Notes under the pieces: model-generated
What the model was told of the DNA's origin: nothing
The model's database searches: none
The model's input: only the letters and a program-made list of their open reading frames with translations
Program-made: the position numbers and the translations under genes
DNA from: Candidatus Dojkabacteria bacterium
GTDB taxonomy: Bacteria > Patescibacteriota > Dojkabacteria > SC72
Assembly (NCBI GenBank): GCA_041678505.1
Contig: JBAYOB010000002.1
Coordinates: 1 to 60,465, forward strand
Length of the DNA: 60,465 nt
Direction: 5' to 3'
Part shown: one piece after another, positions 28,311-38,369 of the stretch
Numbering within the stretch: position 1 is the first letter of the stretch
Layout: the number at the start of each line of letters is the position of its first letter

Positions 28311-29351
28311 CTAAGACAGATTTTCCTCTTTAATTCTTCCTCCTCCTATAACGATATCTTTCTTGTAGAATACAACAGATTGACCAGGAGTAATTGCTCT
28401 TTGTTTTTCTTTAAACTTTACTGAAATATCACCATCTTCAAGAGGTGTAATTATTGCTTTAGTTTCTTTTGCTCCATATCTTATTTTTGCTTTTACTTTC
28501 ATAGGTTTGTTTAACTTCTTAAAGGAAACTAAATTAGTATCTGTAGCAACTAATTTGTCTTTGTATAAATCTTGCTCTTCACCTACAACCAGGATATTAT
28601 TTTTAAAATCAATATCAATAACATACAGAGGTTTTTTAGATGAGATTCTTATTCTTTTTCTCTGCCCTATTGTGTAATTAGATAATCCAGTATGTTTACC
28701 AAGTATGTCTCCTTCTTTATTCATAATATCTCCTTCTTTAATGCTACTATTGCTATTTCTGGATATGAAATCACTATAGTTACCGTTTTTAATGAAGCAA
28801 ATATCTTGACTATCAGGTTTTGATGCAACAGAAAGTCCTAAATCCTTTGCTATTTCTCTTATTCTCTTCTTACTAAATTCTCCTAGTGGAAAAAGGGTGT
28901 GAGAGAGCTGTTCTTGTGTAAGATTATAAAGAAAGTAAGATTGATCTTTCTCTTGGTCTTTTGATTTCTTTAATAGAAATCTATCTTTTTTCTGAACAAC
29001 CCTTGCATAGTGTCCTGTTGCTATATATGGAATATCCATCTCAAGGGCTTTTTCTAGTAGATGCTCAAACTTGATATGTCTGTTGCATACGACACATGGA
29101 TTAGGCGTTCTTCCCTCAAGGTATTCCTTTGTAAAGTATTCTATTACTTCTTTCTTAAATTCATCTTTTAAATTAAGGATATGGAGAGGAATTTTTAATC
29201 TAGAAGCAATCTCTTTGGCTTCGTTATCTATATCTGACCATATCTGAAAGGTAATACCAATCACTTCATATCCTTGTTTCTGAAGAAGTACAGCTGCTAC
29301 AGAGCTATCTACTCCACCACTCATACCTACTAAGACTTTTTTCTTTTTCAT
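28311..29351 (-). CDS. mnmA: tRNA-specific 2-thiouridylase MnmA
   Basis: PP-loop VLVGMSGGVDSSVAA; NPCVVCNRHIKF; DQSYFL; C-terminal GQSVVFY. Confidence 0.9.
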   Translation of the reverse strand: MKKKKVLVGMSGGVDSSVAAVLLQKQGYEVIGITFQIWSDIDNEAKEIASRLKIPLHILNLKDEFKKEVIEYFTKEYLEGRTPNPCVVCNRHIKFEHLLEKALEMDIPYIATGHYARVVQKKDRFLLKKSKDQEKDQSYFLYNLTQEQLSHTLFPLGEFSKKRIREIAKDLGLSVASKPDSQDICFIKNGNYSDFISRNSNSSIKEGDIMNKEGDILGKHTGLSNYTIGQRKRIRISSKKPLYVIDIDFKNNILVVGEEQDLYKDKLVATDTNLVSFKKLNKPMKVKAKIRYGAKETKAIITPLEDGDISVKFKEKQRAITPGQSVVFYKKDIVIGGGRIKEENLS

Positions 29352-29376
29352 AGAAATATTCTAACAAATATTACAA

Positions 29377-29757
29377 TTACTGTTTACTCTGTTTTGCTCT
29401 GTAATCCTCTATCGCAGCTTTAATAGCTTCTTCTGCTAAATTAGAGCAGTGCATTTTAATAGGAGGAAGTCCATCTAATGCATTTGCAACTTCCTTGTTC
29501 GTTATCTCAAGTGCTTGTTCTAAGGTTTTTCCTTTTACTAATTCAGTAACCATACTACTAGTAGCTACAGCAGCACCACATCCAAATGTAAGAAATTTGA
29601 TATCTGATATTTTATTATCTTTAACCTTAATAAACATTTTCATAATATCACCACATCTGGGATTTCCAACCTCCCCTATTCCATCTGCATTCTTTATCTC
29701 TCCTACATTCCTTGGGTTCATAAAGTGATCCATAACTTTTTCACTATATTTTTCCAT
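29377..29757 (-). CDS. iscU: Fe-S cluster assembly scaffold NifU/IscU
   Basis: NPRNVG, GNPRCGD, FGCGAAVATSS and HCSNLAEEAIKAA with the three conserved Cys. Confidence 0.85.
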   Translation of the reverse strand: MEKYSEKVMDHFMNPRNVGEIKNADGIGEVGNPRCGDIMKMFIKVKDNKISDIKFLTFGCGAAVATSSMVTELVKGKTLEQALEITNKEVANALDGLPPIKMHCSNLAEEAIKAAIEDYRAKQSKQ

Positions 29758-29769
29758 AACAGTAACTTA

Positions 29770-30945
29770 TTATTTTAATGGAGACATTCTCCTTAATTTT
29801 TCTACAATATCAGGTAATACCTTTAATAGGTACTCAATCTCTTCCTCTGTATTATCTTTTGAAAATGAAAGTCTTAATGAACCGTGAGCTATCTCATGAG
29901 GTAAACCAATTGCAAGTAAAACGTGTGATGGTTCTAAAGAGCCTGAGGTACACGCCGATCCACTTGAGGCTGCTATACCTAGTTGATTTAGCATAAGCAG
30001 TATTGATTCTCCTTCAATATATTTAAAACAAATATTAATATTGCCTGGAAGTCTTTGGACTGTATCTCCATTTAGCATTGTATCAGGGATACTTTCCATT
30101 ATTCCTTTTATGCATATTTCTCTTAAAATTTTTAAGTAGTTGCTCTTCTCTTTTATATCTTTAGTTGCTAATTCTGTAGCTTTACCTAATCCTACAATAC
30201 CAGCGACATTTTCAGTACCAGCTCTTTTACCTTTCTCTTGCTCACCACCGTGTAGAAGATTATTTATTTTTGTCCCTTGCTTTATGAAAAGAACCCCTAC
30301 TCCTTTGGGTCCATTTATTTTATGCCCAGAATAGGTTAAGAGATCAATATTTAATTTGTTCATATCTATATTAATATTTCCTACAGCCTGTACAGCATCT
30401 GTATGAAAATATATGTCTTTTTCTTTTGCTATATCTCCTATTTCTTTAATAGGTTGTATGCTCCCTATTTCATTGTTTGCATACATAATGGAAATTAAGA
30501 TAGTATCCTCCCTTATAGTTTCTCTTAGCGTATTTGTATCAATAATCCCATTTTTCTTTACAGGAAGATATGTAACTTCGAAACCTTGTTTCTCTAAATA
30601 TTTACATGTATTAAGTACAGCATGATGCTCTATACTTGTTGTAATAATGTGTTTCCCTTTCTTTTGATTTGCAAATGCTACTCCTTTGATAGCCCAATTA
30701 TTTGATTCTGTTCCCGAGCTGGTAAAAAAGATTTCATCAATATTGCAGTTTAAACTTTGAGCTACTTTTTCTCTTGCAAGATTTACAGCATCTTTTGCTT
30801 CCTGACCTAAAGAATATATACTAGATGGATTTCCATACATATCCGTTAAGTAAGGCATCATTTCATCTAAGACCTCTTTGCTAATTTTGGTGGTTGCAGC
30901 ATTGTCAAAATATATATTCATAAGTAAGGATAATACTACAGACAC
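29770..30945 (-). CDS. nifS: Cysteine desulfurase NifS/IscS
   Basis: IYFDNAATT, HTDAVQAVG, SGHKINGPKGVG (PLP Lys) and SSGSACTS (active-site Cys); the likely start is the Met at 30921 (MNIYFDN). Confidence 0.85.
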   Translation of the reverse strand: MSVVLSLLMNIYFDNAATTKISKEVLDEMMPYLTDMYGNPSSIYSLGQEAKDAVNLAREKVAQSLNCNIDEIFFTSSGTESNNWAIKGVAFANQKKGKHIITTSIEHHAVLNTCKYLEKQGFEVTYLPVKKNGIIDTNTLRETIREDTILISIMYANNEIGSIQPIKEIGDIAKEKDIYFHTDAVQAVGNINIDMNKLNIDLLTYSGHKINGPKGVGVLFIKQGTKINNLLHGGEQEKGKRAGTENVAGIVGLGKATELATKDIKEKSNYLKILREICIKGIMESIPDTMLNGDTVQRLPGNINICFKYIEGESILLMLNQLGIAASSGSACTSGSLEPSHVLLAIGLPHEIAHGSLRLSFSKDNTEEEIEYLLKVLPDIVEKLRRMSPLK

Positions 30946-30986
30946 AGTGCTTTTATGTCAAGGGTAATTGACAGTTCTCTTGGAGA

Positions 30987-31430
30987 TTATTCCATCTCTA
31001 TATGTTTTCTCTCCTCCTCTTTAACCTCAAATCGCACCTCTGCATTCTCACTAGCCACAAATTCTCCCTCTTCATGTACTTCTTGAACAGTATCAGTACA
31101 GATCTCATCTTCTTCAGGTTGGTAAATTGTAGAGATTACTACTACTTGTTCAGGATAGCTCTCCATTACTTCTGCAGATATACTTACTGTGTAACAGAAA
31201 TTAGGAAGAGTACCAACTACTGAGTATCTCCATAGGTTTTCATCAACATAGTCATATTCAAGCTTTAAAGAATCCTTATCAATTTCAGTTATTACGGAAG
31301 AATCATCTGTACTATTATCATCTTTAACATCTTTACTATTCATACTCTGATATATACTGTAACCAAAACCTCCTACTACTGTTAGTATCATTAAGAATAG
31401 TCCTAGTTTTAATATATTCTTCTTTTCCAT
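30987..31430 (-). CDS. Hypothetical membrane-anchored acidic protein
   Basis: N-terminal TM LGLFLMILTVVGGFGY; no recognisable domain. Confidence 0.4.
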   Translation of the reverse strand: MEKKNILKLGLFLMILTVVGGFGYSIYQSMNSKDVKDDNSTDDSSVITEIDKDSLKLEYDYVDENLWRYSVVGTLPNFCYTVSISAEVMESYPEQVVVISTIYQPEEDEICTDTVQEVHEEGEFVASENAEVRFEVKEEERKHIEME

Positions 31431-31450
31431 TTTTGAAATGATTAATTTAA

Positions 31451-32092
31451 TTATTTCGTTACTTTTTCTACAGCAATTGTCTCCTCGCCTCCATTACTTT
31501 TCCTGTCTTTAACTGAAAAGATAAGTAAACTCCAAATACCTGCTAACATCATCAATATCCCTACTACTCTCATAGTTAAATCAAAGTATATATCACCTAA
31601 GTTTGCAATATAGCCAATAGAGGCACTAAAGATAGCAGTAGAAATACTAAGTATAGTTTCATAGAATCCATATTGAAAGCCTTCATTTCCCTGTTTAAGA
31701 TTTAAAGCAAAAAGTTTCCTCCAGCTTGGAAGATTCATAGAAACGCCAAGACCAAGAACGAATTGAAGAATGAAGTAATGAAAAGGTTTTGTGATAGAGG
31801 GATAGAAAAGATAAGGCAAGCCCATTAGTACAATTCCTAAAGTTAAAAGTATAATTTCATCTTTATCATCTTTTAACTTATCCGTTATATATCCAATGGG
31901 CATCTGAAAAGCTGCTCTTGTAAAGAAGTATATTCCTGTTCCTATACCGATGAAACTAACAATATCTTGACCTAAATTTTCTGCCAGATACAGTCCTGCT
32001 AAGTTTGAAATTATAACTAAAGGACCCCATGTAAATGAATCGGAAAGAGTTAAACAGAGAATAACTTTGTTTAGTTTTTTAAACATATACAT
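31451..32092 (-). CDS. MFS-like membrane protein, half-size (about 6 TM)
   Basis: The hydrophobic profile and the loop PIGYITDKLKDDKD resemble one six-helix half of an MFS transporter. Confidence 0.35.
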   Translation of the reverse strand: MYMFKKLNKVILCLTLSDSFTWGPLVIISNLAGLYLAENLGQDIVSFIGIGTGIYFFTRAAFQMPIGYITDKLKDDKDEIILLTLGIVLMGLPYLFYPSITKPFHYFILQFVLGLGVSMNLPSWRKLFALNLKQGNEGFQYGFYETILSISTAIFSASIGYIANLGDIYFDLTMRVVGILMMLAGIWSLLIFSVKDRKSNGGEETIAVEKVTK

Positions 32093-32103
32093 GTAATCCT
32101 ACA

Positions 32104-33768
32104 TTGTTGGAATATATTTTTCAATATGGTACATTAGGAGGTATGAATGTACTGGATTTTACATACTTTCAGATATTTTTAGGGATCATTTCTGCTTTAG
32201 TTCTGTTTCTCTATGCTATTGATAATCTTAGTAATGAACTTCAAAGTTTAGCTTCTGAAAAGTTTAGAACAGTTATTTCCAGAGTAGTTAGGAACAGGTA
32301 TGTAGGAGCTCTTGTAGGTATTCTGACTACAGCTATTACACAATCATCTATGGTGGTAATTGTTACAGTTATGACGTTGGTAAACACAGGAGTAATATCG
32401 TTTACTAATAGTTTGGGAATAATGTTAGGTACTCATATTGGAACAACAGTTACAGCTCAATTAGCATTGGTTAATTCTGCAACTATTGCATCAATATTAA
32501 TAATAGTAGGGTTTGTTTTAGGATTGCTAGGTAAAAGATTCCGTTTGATAAGTAAACCAATTTTTTTCTTAGGTCTAGTTCTCTTCTCTCTTTATCTTGT
32601 TTCTCTTAGTATAGAGCCTTTGAGAGGAAGTCCAGAAATCATGCACCTATTCTCTTATCTTTCTAACCCCATATTAGCCTATGTGGTAAGTGCTATATTT
32701 ACTATTGTTGTTCAATCAAGCTCTGTTGTTACAGGGATGGTTGTCATATTAGCTTCAGGAGGTATGATTCCCATAGAGGTTGCTATCCCCATGGTCTTAG
32801 GAGCTAATATGGGTACTAGTTTTACAGCACTATTCTTATCTCTTAAGTTAAATCTCTATGCAAAGAGAGCTGGTATCGCAAATTTCCTTTTTAACCTTTT
32901 TGGTACTGTTCTCTTTATGATATTTCTTCCCTCATTTACTCTTTTCATAGTATCAATTACAGATACTGTAGGACAGCAGGCTGCCCTAGCCCATCTACTT
33001 TTTAATGTTTTTAATACCACTATTTTCTTACTTTTACTTAAGCCTTTTAAGAATCTAGTTGTAAAAATAGTGAAGGGTGAAGAAGAGGAGATTTTGTTTG
33101 AAACAAAATATATTGGTAAGGGTGAAAGTAAAAAACTTCAAACTAGAATAAGTGATATTAAAAAAGAATTAGCCTACTCTATAGAAGGTACAGTAAAGAT
33201 ATATCAAAAAGCACTATCTGTTTTTTACAATCCTAGTAAGCTTGTTTTAATGGAGATTCATAAACTAGAGACATTAAATGATTTTCTAGATGATGAAATA
33301 ACTAAGGCGATTGTTTCTCTTTCAAGTTCTAAGTTGTCAGAAAGAGATGCACAGGAAACAGTTACTCTGATTAAGATTTCCAACACTATAGAGCAGTTGG
33401 GAGATTTGGGTAAAGATTTTTCTAAAATATTTCAAAGAGTTCATGATTTTGGTATAGAAGAAAAAGATGTAAATATTGAGAAACTAAAAGGTATTCATGA
33501 TAGGTTAATAGAGTTATTTATAGTAATTAAAAAAGCCGTCTTGGGATGTACAAAGCAGGAGTTAGCAGATATAAAGGAGAAAGAGGAAGAGATATATGCT
33601 CAGATAAGAAAAGAGTATGATACTCATGTAGATAAGTTACAAGAAGATAGTAAATATAGTGGAGGTATATTTGTAGATGCTATTTCAATAATAGAATTAA
33701 GTGTTTCAAAGATAAGGGATATTAGGAAGTTACTTTTAAGAGAGATAAAGAGTTACTCAGAGGAATAG
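32104..33768 (+). CDS. Na/Pi cotransporter family protein with a C-terminal PhoU-like domain
   Basis: Duplicated membrane repeats (TAITQSSMVVIVTVMTLV and VVQSSSVVTGMVVILA) and a helical C-terminal half. The track start is TTG; an ATG at 32143 is an alternative. Confidence 0.7.
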   Translation: MLEYIFQYGTLGGMNVLDFTYFQIFLGIISALVLFLYAIDNLSNELQSLASEKFRTVISRVVRNRYVGALVGILTTAITQSSMVVIVTVMTLVNTGVISFTNSLGIMLGTHIGTTVTAQLALVNSATIASILIIVGFVLGLLGKRFRLISKPIFFLGLVLFSLYLVSLSIEPLRGSPEIMHLFSYLSNPILAYVVSAIFTIVVQSSSVVTGMVVILASGGMIPIEVAIPMVLGANMGTSFTALFLSLKLNLYAKRAGIANFLFNLFGTVLFMIFLPSFTLFIVSITDTVGQQAALAHLLFNVFNTTIFLLLLKPFKNLVVKIVKGEEEEILFETKYIGKGESKKLQTRISDIKKELAYSIEGTVKIYQKALSVFYNPSKLVLMEIHKLETLNDFLDDEITKAIVSLSSSKLSERDAQETVTLIKISNTIEQLGDLGKDFSKIFQRVHDFGIEEKDVNIEKLKGIHDRLIELFIVIKKAVLGCTKQELADIKEKEEEIYAQIRKEYDTHVDKLQEDSKYSGGIFVDAISIIELSVSKIRDIRKLLLREIKSYSEE

Positions 33769-33776
33769 TCTTCCTT

Positions 33777-34850
33777 CTATTTTATAATATTAATTTCTAA
33801 TTTGAGATCTATGCCGTATCTCTCCAGCACATCCTCTTTCATTTTCTCTATAAACTGATATATCTCTTTTCCTGAGGCTTCTCCTTTTGTGATTACACAA
33901 AGAGCATGCTTGTCAAATACACCTACATTACCTTCCCATTTCCCTTTCCACCCTAATTCATCTAAGAGTTTACCTGCAGATATTTTTACAGAATCATTGT
34001 TAGAAGGATAACTTGGAAGATTTGGTATTATTTTTTCTAGCTCATTATATTTCTCCTTACTAATAATTGGATTTTCAAAAATACAGCCACATGTTCCATA
34101 CTCCTCAATTAATGGTAACTTCTTTTCTCTCTGGTTAATTACAGCATTCATAATATCTTGAATACTGTAAGGCTCTTTTGCAAATGTTTTTAATTCTTCT
34201 TTCAAACCTTCATATGTCCTCATCTTTTCTAATTCTTTATGATATTGCTCATCTCCTTCTTTTCCTCTCTTGTATTTCTTTAACTTAAATATGGCAGATA
34301 CTATTATATATTCCTCTTTCCATTCATTTTTAAAGAATGTATTTCTGTATCTAAAACCACACTCTTTTGGAGAGAAAGTTTCTATTTTTAAAGTTTTTCT
34401 GTTTAAAGCCTCTATTGATTGTACTGTATCTATGATCTCTTGTCCGTATGCTCCGATGTTTTGAGCTACTGCGGCACCCACAGTACCTGGGATCATAACT
34501 AAATTTTCCACACCTGACCAATTATTCTCTACACAAAATCTAACAAAAGTATCCCATATCTCTCCGCTAAACACTTTTACTTCAACAAACTGAGTGTTTT
34601 CATCTACAATTTCTTTTCCTTCCAACCCTATTTTCAATGCTAAACCATTCCAATCATCTACCAACAGTGTATTACTTCCCTGTCCTAAGAGTAATATTCT
34701 TTCATTTGGATATGTTTGTAATACTTCTTTTAACTGCTTAACACTCTTTACCTCTGCAAAGTATTTTGCCTTAACATCTGTTCTAAATGTGTTGTATTTT
34801 TTAAGAGAGTAATTAGTTTTGATAGTAACTATAGTAGCAGAAAAAGAGAT
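33777..34850 (-). CDS. murB: UDP-N-acetylenolpyruvoylglucosamine reductase MurB (5' end extended beyond the track ORF; start codon non-canonical or unresolved)
   Basis: The track ORF 33777..34664 carries MIPGTVGAAVAQNIGAYGQE. The same frame stays open upstream to 34856, the in-frame TAG at 34857-59 being the limit. That stretch encodes the conserved MurB N-terminus IKTNYSLKKYNTFRTDVKAKYFAEV...ERILLLGQGSNTLLVDD with no ATG, GTG or TTG. Confidence 0.7.
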   Translation of the reverse strand: MSFSATIVTIKTNYSLKKYNTFRTDVKAKYFAEVKSVKQLKEVLQTYPNERILLLGQGSNTLLVDDWNGLALKIGLEGKEIVDENTQFVEVKVFSGEIWDTFVRFCVENNWSGVENLVMIPGTVGAAVAQNIGAYGQEIIDTVQSIEALNRKTLKIETFSPKECGFRYRNTFFKNEWKEEYIIVSAIFKLKKYKRGKEGDEQYHKELEKMRTYEGLKEELKTFAKEPYSIQDIMNAVINQREKKLPLIEEYGTCGCIFENPIISKEKYNELEKIIPNLPSYPSNNDSVKISAGKLLDELGWKGKWEGNVGVFDKHALCVITKGEASGKEIYQFIEKMKEDVLERYGIDLKLEINIIK

Positions 34851-34851
34851 A

Positions 34852-35865
34852 TTATTCTAATAGTTCACCAATAGATTTTCTCCTATTTATTCTGTATATT
34901 ACCTCTGCAAAGTAATCTGATATTGTTAATTCTTTGAACCATTCATTTTCTTTTAGAAATTCTTTTGTATGATAGGTAGCATCTGTCCCTATTACTTTCT
35001 CTAGGAGTCCTTTTTTGTAAAGTCTGTTAAAATTTTTAATAGCATCACCATTAAAAAGAGCTAATGTGCATAGTGCAACTGTTTTTCTAGGTTTCATTTT
35101 GTTTACTTTTTCAATCGTTTTTATCAAAGTACCACCAGTATCTATCATATCGTCAATGATATATACCTCTTTTCCTTTAACATCACCAAGTATTTGTATG
35201 TTTTCTACACAGTTTTTCTTCCTGTAATCTCTCTCTTTGTATGCAAATGCAATATCTGTGCATAACTGTTGTGCATAGTAGTTTGCTCTTTTAGAACCTC
35301 CTAAGTCAGTTGGCATAATTACACTTTTTTTAGGGTTCTTGATTAATTTATTTAGATAGGGTTTAAGTACATAGCCACCTTTTAAGTTATCTATTTTGGC
35401 TTTTCTAAAAAATCCTTGTATTGCACTATTATGTAAATCAATGGTAATAACATGGTCTACACCCATCTCTCCTTCAAGTTCCCATGCTACTCTGGCAGCT
35501 GTGATACCATCTCTTCCATCCTGTTTGTCCTGTCTAGAGTACGGGTATGATGGTAATACTGCCGTTATTCTCTCAGCATCACATCTCCTACATGCATCTA
35601 TAGTTGTATACAAAGCCCTTAGATTCTCATCTACACTCATTCCATCTGTGTGATTTTCTACATCCTGTATTATATATACCTCTCTTCCTCTAATACTCTC
35701 ACTTATTACTGTCTTAATCTCTGTATTAGCAAACTGTATTCGTACAGCCTCTATTAGATTAATTTTCCGGGTAGTTTTCTTTGAGAGACTTTTTACTATT
35801 TTTTTTGCTAATGGCATTCCTGATTGACATGCTATTATTGAGAACGGTGCTCTTGAATTTGTCAT
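34852..35865 (-). CDS. prs: Ribose-phosphate pyrophosphokinase
   Basis: PYSRQDKQDGRDGI, VITIDLHN and the PRPP loop VYIIDDMIDTGGTL. Confidence 0.85.
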   Translation of the reverse strand: MTNSRAPFSIIACQSGMPLAKKIVKSLSKKTTRKINLIEAVRIQFANTEIKTVISESIRGREVYIIQDVENHTDGMSVDENLRALYTTIDACRRCDAERITAVLPSYPYSRQDKQDGRDGITAARVAWELEGEMGVDHVITIDLHNSAIQGFFRKAKIDNLKGGYVLKPYLNKLIKNPKKSVIMPTDLGGSKRANYYAQQLCTDIAFAYKERDYRKKNCVENIQILGDVKGKEVYIIDDMIDTGGTLIKTIEKVNKMKPRKTVALCTLALFNGDAIKNFNRLYKKGLLEKVIGTDATYHTKEFLKENEWFKELTISDYFAEVIYRINRRKSIGELLE

Positions 35866-35939
35866 AATGGGTATTCCTTATCTTACATTATATATTACTC
35901 TATATTTTTTGTTTTGTAAAAGGATGTCGTCCGATAGTG

Positions 35940-35968
35940 TTGACTATGTACCTTATTATACCTATACT
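35940..35968 (+). promoter_or_regulatory. Sigma70-like promoter TTGACT-N17-TATACT
   Basis: TTGACT at 35940-45, a 17-nt spacer and TATACT at 35963-68, about 75 nt upstream of the ATG at 36043. Confidence 0.4.
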
Positions 35969-36042
35969 CTATTAATATCTTTAATTACATCTTTAATTTG
36001 TAAGATTAATGAGAGGTGCATTAAATTATTATTAATATAATT

Positions 36043-36810
36043 ATGAAGGGTAAATACATACCTTTTTTAATTCTGCCCTTATTTGTATTTTTATTTATCT
36101 CAATTAGTCCGTTAGGGATCAGAGGTCAACAGGCACCAAATCCAGAAACAACAGAAATAGTGGGTGAATGGAGAGATACTGGAGAATGTATAGCAACAGA
36201 GTGTGATTCTACAGAAGGAAAAATGGAACAGACATGGTATGACTGGGTTTGTGAGGATTGTCCAGTTGTAGAATTTGAAGCAGAGACAACTATTCCTGCT
36301 CACTGGGAAGATTGTCCGGAAGGATATGTTCCTAGTAAAATATTTAGAAACAAATGTATCAAAGTAACTCAAAAGGGGATAGTAACGGTAATAGTAGGAT
36401 ATTGGGATCGTTCATGGGTTGAGGAAAAGACAATAATAGGAAAATTTCAAGTTCGCTATGAATTAGATGAAGAATCTGGTCTATGTACAAAACCTGCTAA
36501 CATGCCTACTGATGATATTCCACCCTGGGCAGAATACGTCTATGTCGAATTGGAAGATTCAGAGCAACAGTGTAATTTTGTTGCTACTGACAAGACACAA
36601 TTTGTTGAGTGTGATAATGCAGAACCATTTACATGCGAGGTTGATGAAGGAGAAGTATTAGGTGAGAAAGATGAACCAAAGAAAGAAGTAGAAGTAGTAT
36701 TAACAGAAACAGGTGCAAATAGTAATACCTTTGTATATGTAATACAAACATTACTAACAGTATCTACCCTGTTAAGTGGAATATTCCTCTCAAAGAAATA
36801 TATAATGTAA
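36043..36810 (+). CDS. Secreted protein with a C-terminal cell-wall-sorting-signal-like tail (candidate sortase substrate)
   Basis: Signal peptide IPFLILPLFVFLFISISPLG. The C-terminus has LTETG, a hydrophobic stretch (FVYVIQTLLTVSTLLSGIFL) and a basic tail (SKKYIM). Confidence 0.45.
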   Translation: MKGKYIPFLILPLFVFLFISISPLGIRGQQAPNPETTEIVGEWRDTGECIATECDSTEGKMEQTWYDWVCEDCPVVEFEAETTIPAHWEDCPEGYVPSKIFRNKCIKVTQKGIVTVIVGYWDRSWVEEKTIIGKFQVRYELDEESGLCTKPANMPTDDIPPWAEYVYVELEDSEQQCNFVATDKTQFVECDNAEPFTCEVDEGEVLGEKDEPKKEVEVVLTETGANSNTFVYVIQTLLTVSTLLSGIFLSKKYIM

Positions 36811-36813
36811 TAT

Positions 36814-37494
36814 ATGTCTAAAAAATATTACATAGTAGCAATAGCAGTACTCCTTGTGAGTACTGCTTTGTTTACCTACTTTGTCTTCATTCCAGCTATC
36901 AAACCATATGAGATAGTAAATACAGAAGTAGAGCACATATCAGAGATAGAAGAAGATGAGGTTGAGGAAGAGCTACCTACTCTCTTTGAACTATTTGAAA
37001 TGAAACAGGGAGAGACAAAAATAATGGGAGCAGAAATATTAAATAGAGAATTGCCAAACAGTTGGTTAGGAAAAGAGATCTCTTTTAAGTATACATACAT
37101 TGGAGAATATACACCTGAAATACAGGAACAATTGGATGATCTACTCTTAGATGAATACAAATGGCAAAAGCAATTAGATGAGGAAGGAAATGTAGTAATG
37201 GGAGGGATAGTGCTATCTAAAGATGAGACATATCAGTTACATACACACAATACATTTACAAAAGGAGAGAGATTCTTTCTCTTGGGTGATCTCCTAGATC
37301 GCTTCTTTACAAATGAAGAATTAGAAGGGACACAGATTAAATTAGGAAATGTGACATTAGAATGTGTATGGGAGAAAGATATAAAGCTGTTAGAAGGTGC
37401 TACAGTCCCATATGCGGACTTAATAATATCTACCTGTTTAGAAAGATTTGGTGATAGAAGATTGGTAAGTGGTTGGAATATCCTGCGAGAGTAG
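36814..37494 (+). CDS. Sortase-like transpeptidase (divergent)
   Basis: N-terminal TM. His (YQLHTHNT) and Cys (DLIISTC, compare TLxTC) lie about 64 residues apart as in SrtA, with Arg shortly after (FGDRRLV). Confidence 0.4.
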   Translation: MSKKYYIVAIAVLLVSTALFTYFVFIPAIKPYEIVNTEVEHISEIEEDEVEEELPTLFELFEMKQGETKIMGAEILNRELPNSWLGKEISFKYTYIGEYTPEIQEQLDDLLLDEYKWQKQLDEEGNVVMGGIVLSKDETYQLHTHNTFTKGERFFLLGDLLDRFFTNEELEGTQIKLGNVTLECVWEKDIKLLEGATVPYADLIISTCLERFGDRRLVSGWNILRE

Positions 37495-37510
37495 ATATAA
37501 TCATTGAGAT

Positions 37511-38329
37511 ATGGACAGTACAGAGTTTGAAAAGGACTCTGCCCCATCCCTAATAGAATTTTTAGAAGAGAATGATATTAAAGCAGTAGCATTTGATATA
37601 GATAATACTGTTTTAGATACAAACTTACTCTTTCACGAAACACTGTATGAATTAGGAATAGAGATAGCCCTTGCCCTACCATTTGAAGTATCTCCTTCCT
37701 GCTATGAAGAAATAACAAGACAGTTGGAGAGTGCTGTTTATGATGTATATTATAGAGATAAGAAGAAACCCAAACTCATAGGAGAACAGATGAGAGAAGC
37801 ACTATCTTGCTTTTTAAAAGAATTACAAATTAAAGAAGTAACTCCCATGATGGATGAGATAATAGATTGGTATGAAGAGAGACACTATTCACTCTCACCT
37901 ATACCTTTTGAAGATGTAGGTCAACTTTTGGAACTAATACATAATTCTAAAAGAAATATTGTGTTTAATTCACATGCACAACAGGATTGGACAGAACAGA
38001 AGGTAGTTGTATTATCTAACCTGTTTGATAACTCTCCTACTTTCCAATATTTAGCTGTCCCTATTGAAGAAGAGAAAGATCCTGACAGTTGGAAAACCGC
38101 TTATGAAATGGTAAAGACAAATCCAGAGAATGTATTAACAGTTGGGGATAACTTCAATTCTGATATTCAATCTGCTATGAATGCAGGATGTAAACATCTT
38201 GTATGGATAGATAGGAGAGGGGAGAAAATTCCTGAAGATTTTGTATTAAAAGAAGATGCCCATCTTTATATAATTAAGAATATAACAGAATTAAAAGATA
38301 TAGCAGATGAGAAAAGATATATTATGTAA
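37511..38329 (+). CDS. HAD-superfamily hydrolase
   Basis: Motif I AFDIDNTVLDT and a late GDNFNSDIQ motif. Confidence 0.6.
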   Translation: MDSTEFEKDSAPSLIEFLEENDIKAVAFDIDNTVLDTNLLFHETLYELGIEIALALPFEVSPSCYEEITRQLESAVYDVYYRDKKKPKLIGEQMREALSCFLKELQIKEVTPMMDEIIDWYEERHYSLSPIPFEDVGQLLELIHNSKRNIVFNSHAQQDWTEQKVVVLSNLFDNSPTFQYLAVPIEEEKDPDSWKTAYEMVKTNPENVLTVGDNFNSDIQSAMNAGCKHLVWIDRRGEKIPEDFVLKEDAHLYIIKNITELKDIADEKRYIM

Positions 38330-38369
38330 ATAACCTGTTATTTAATGATATTTTTTAGTATATTAGAGT

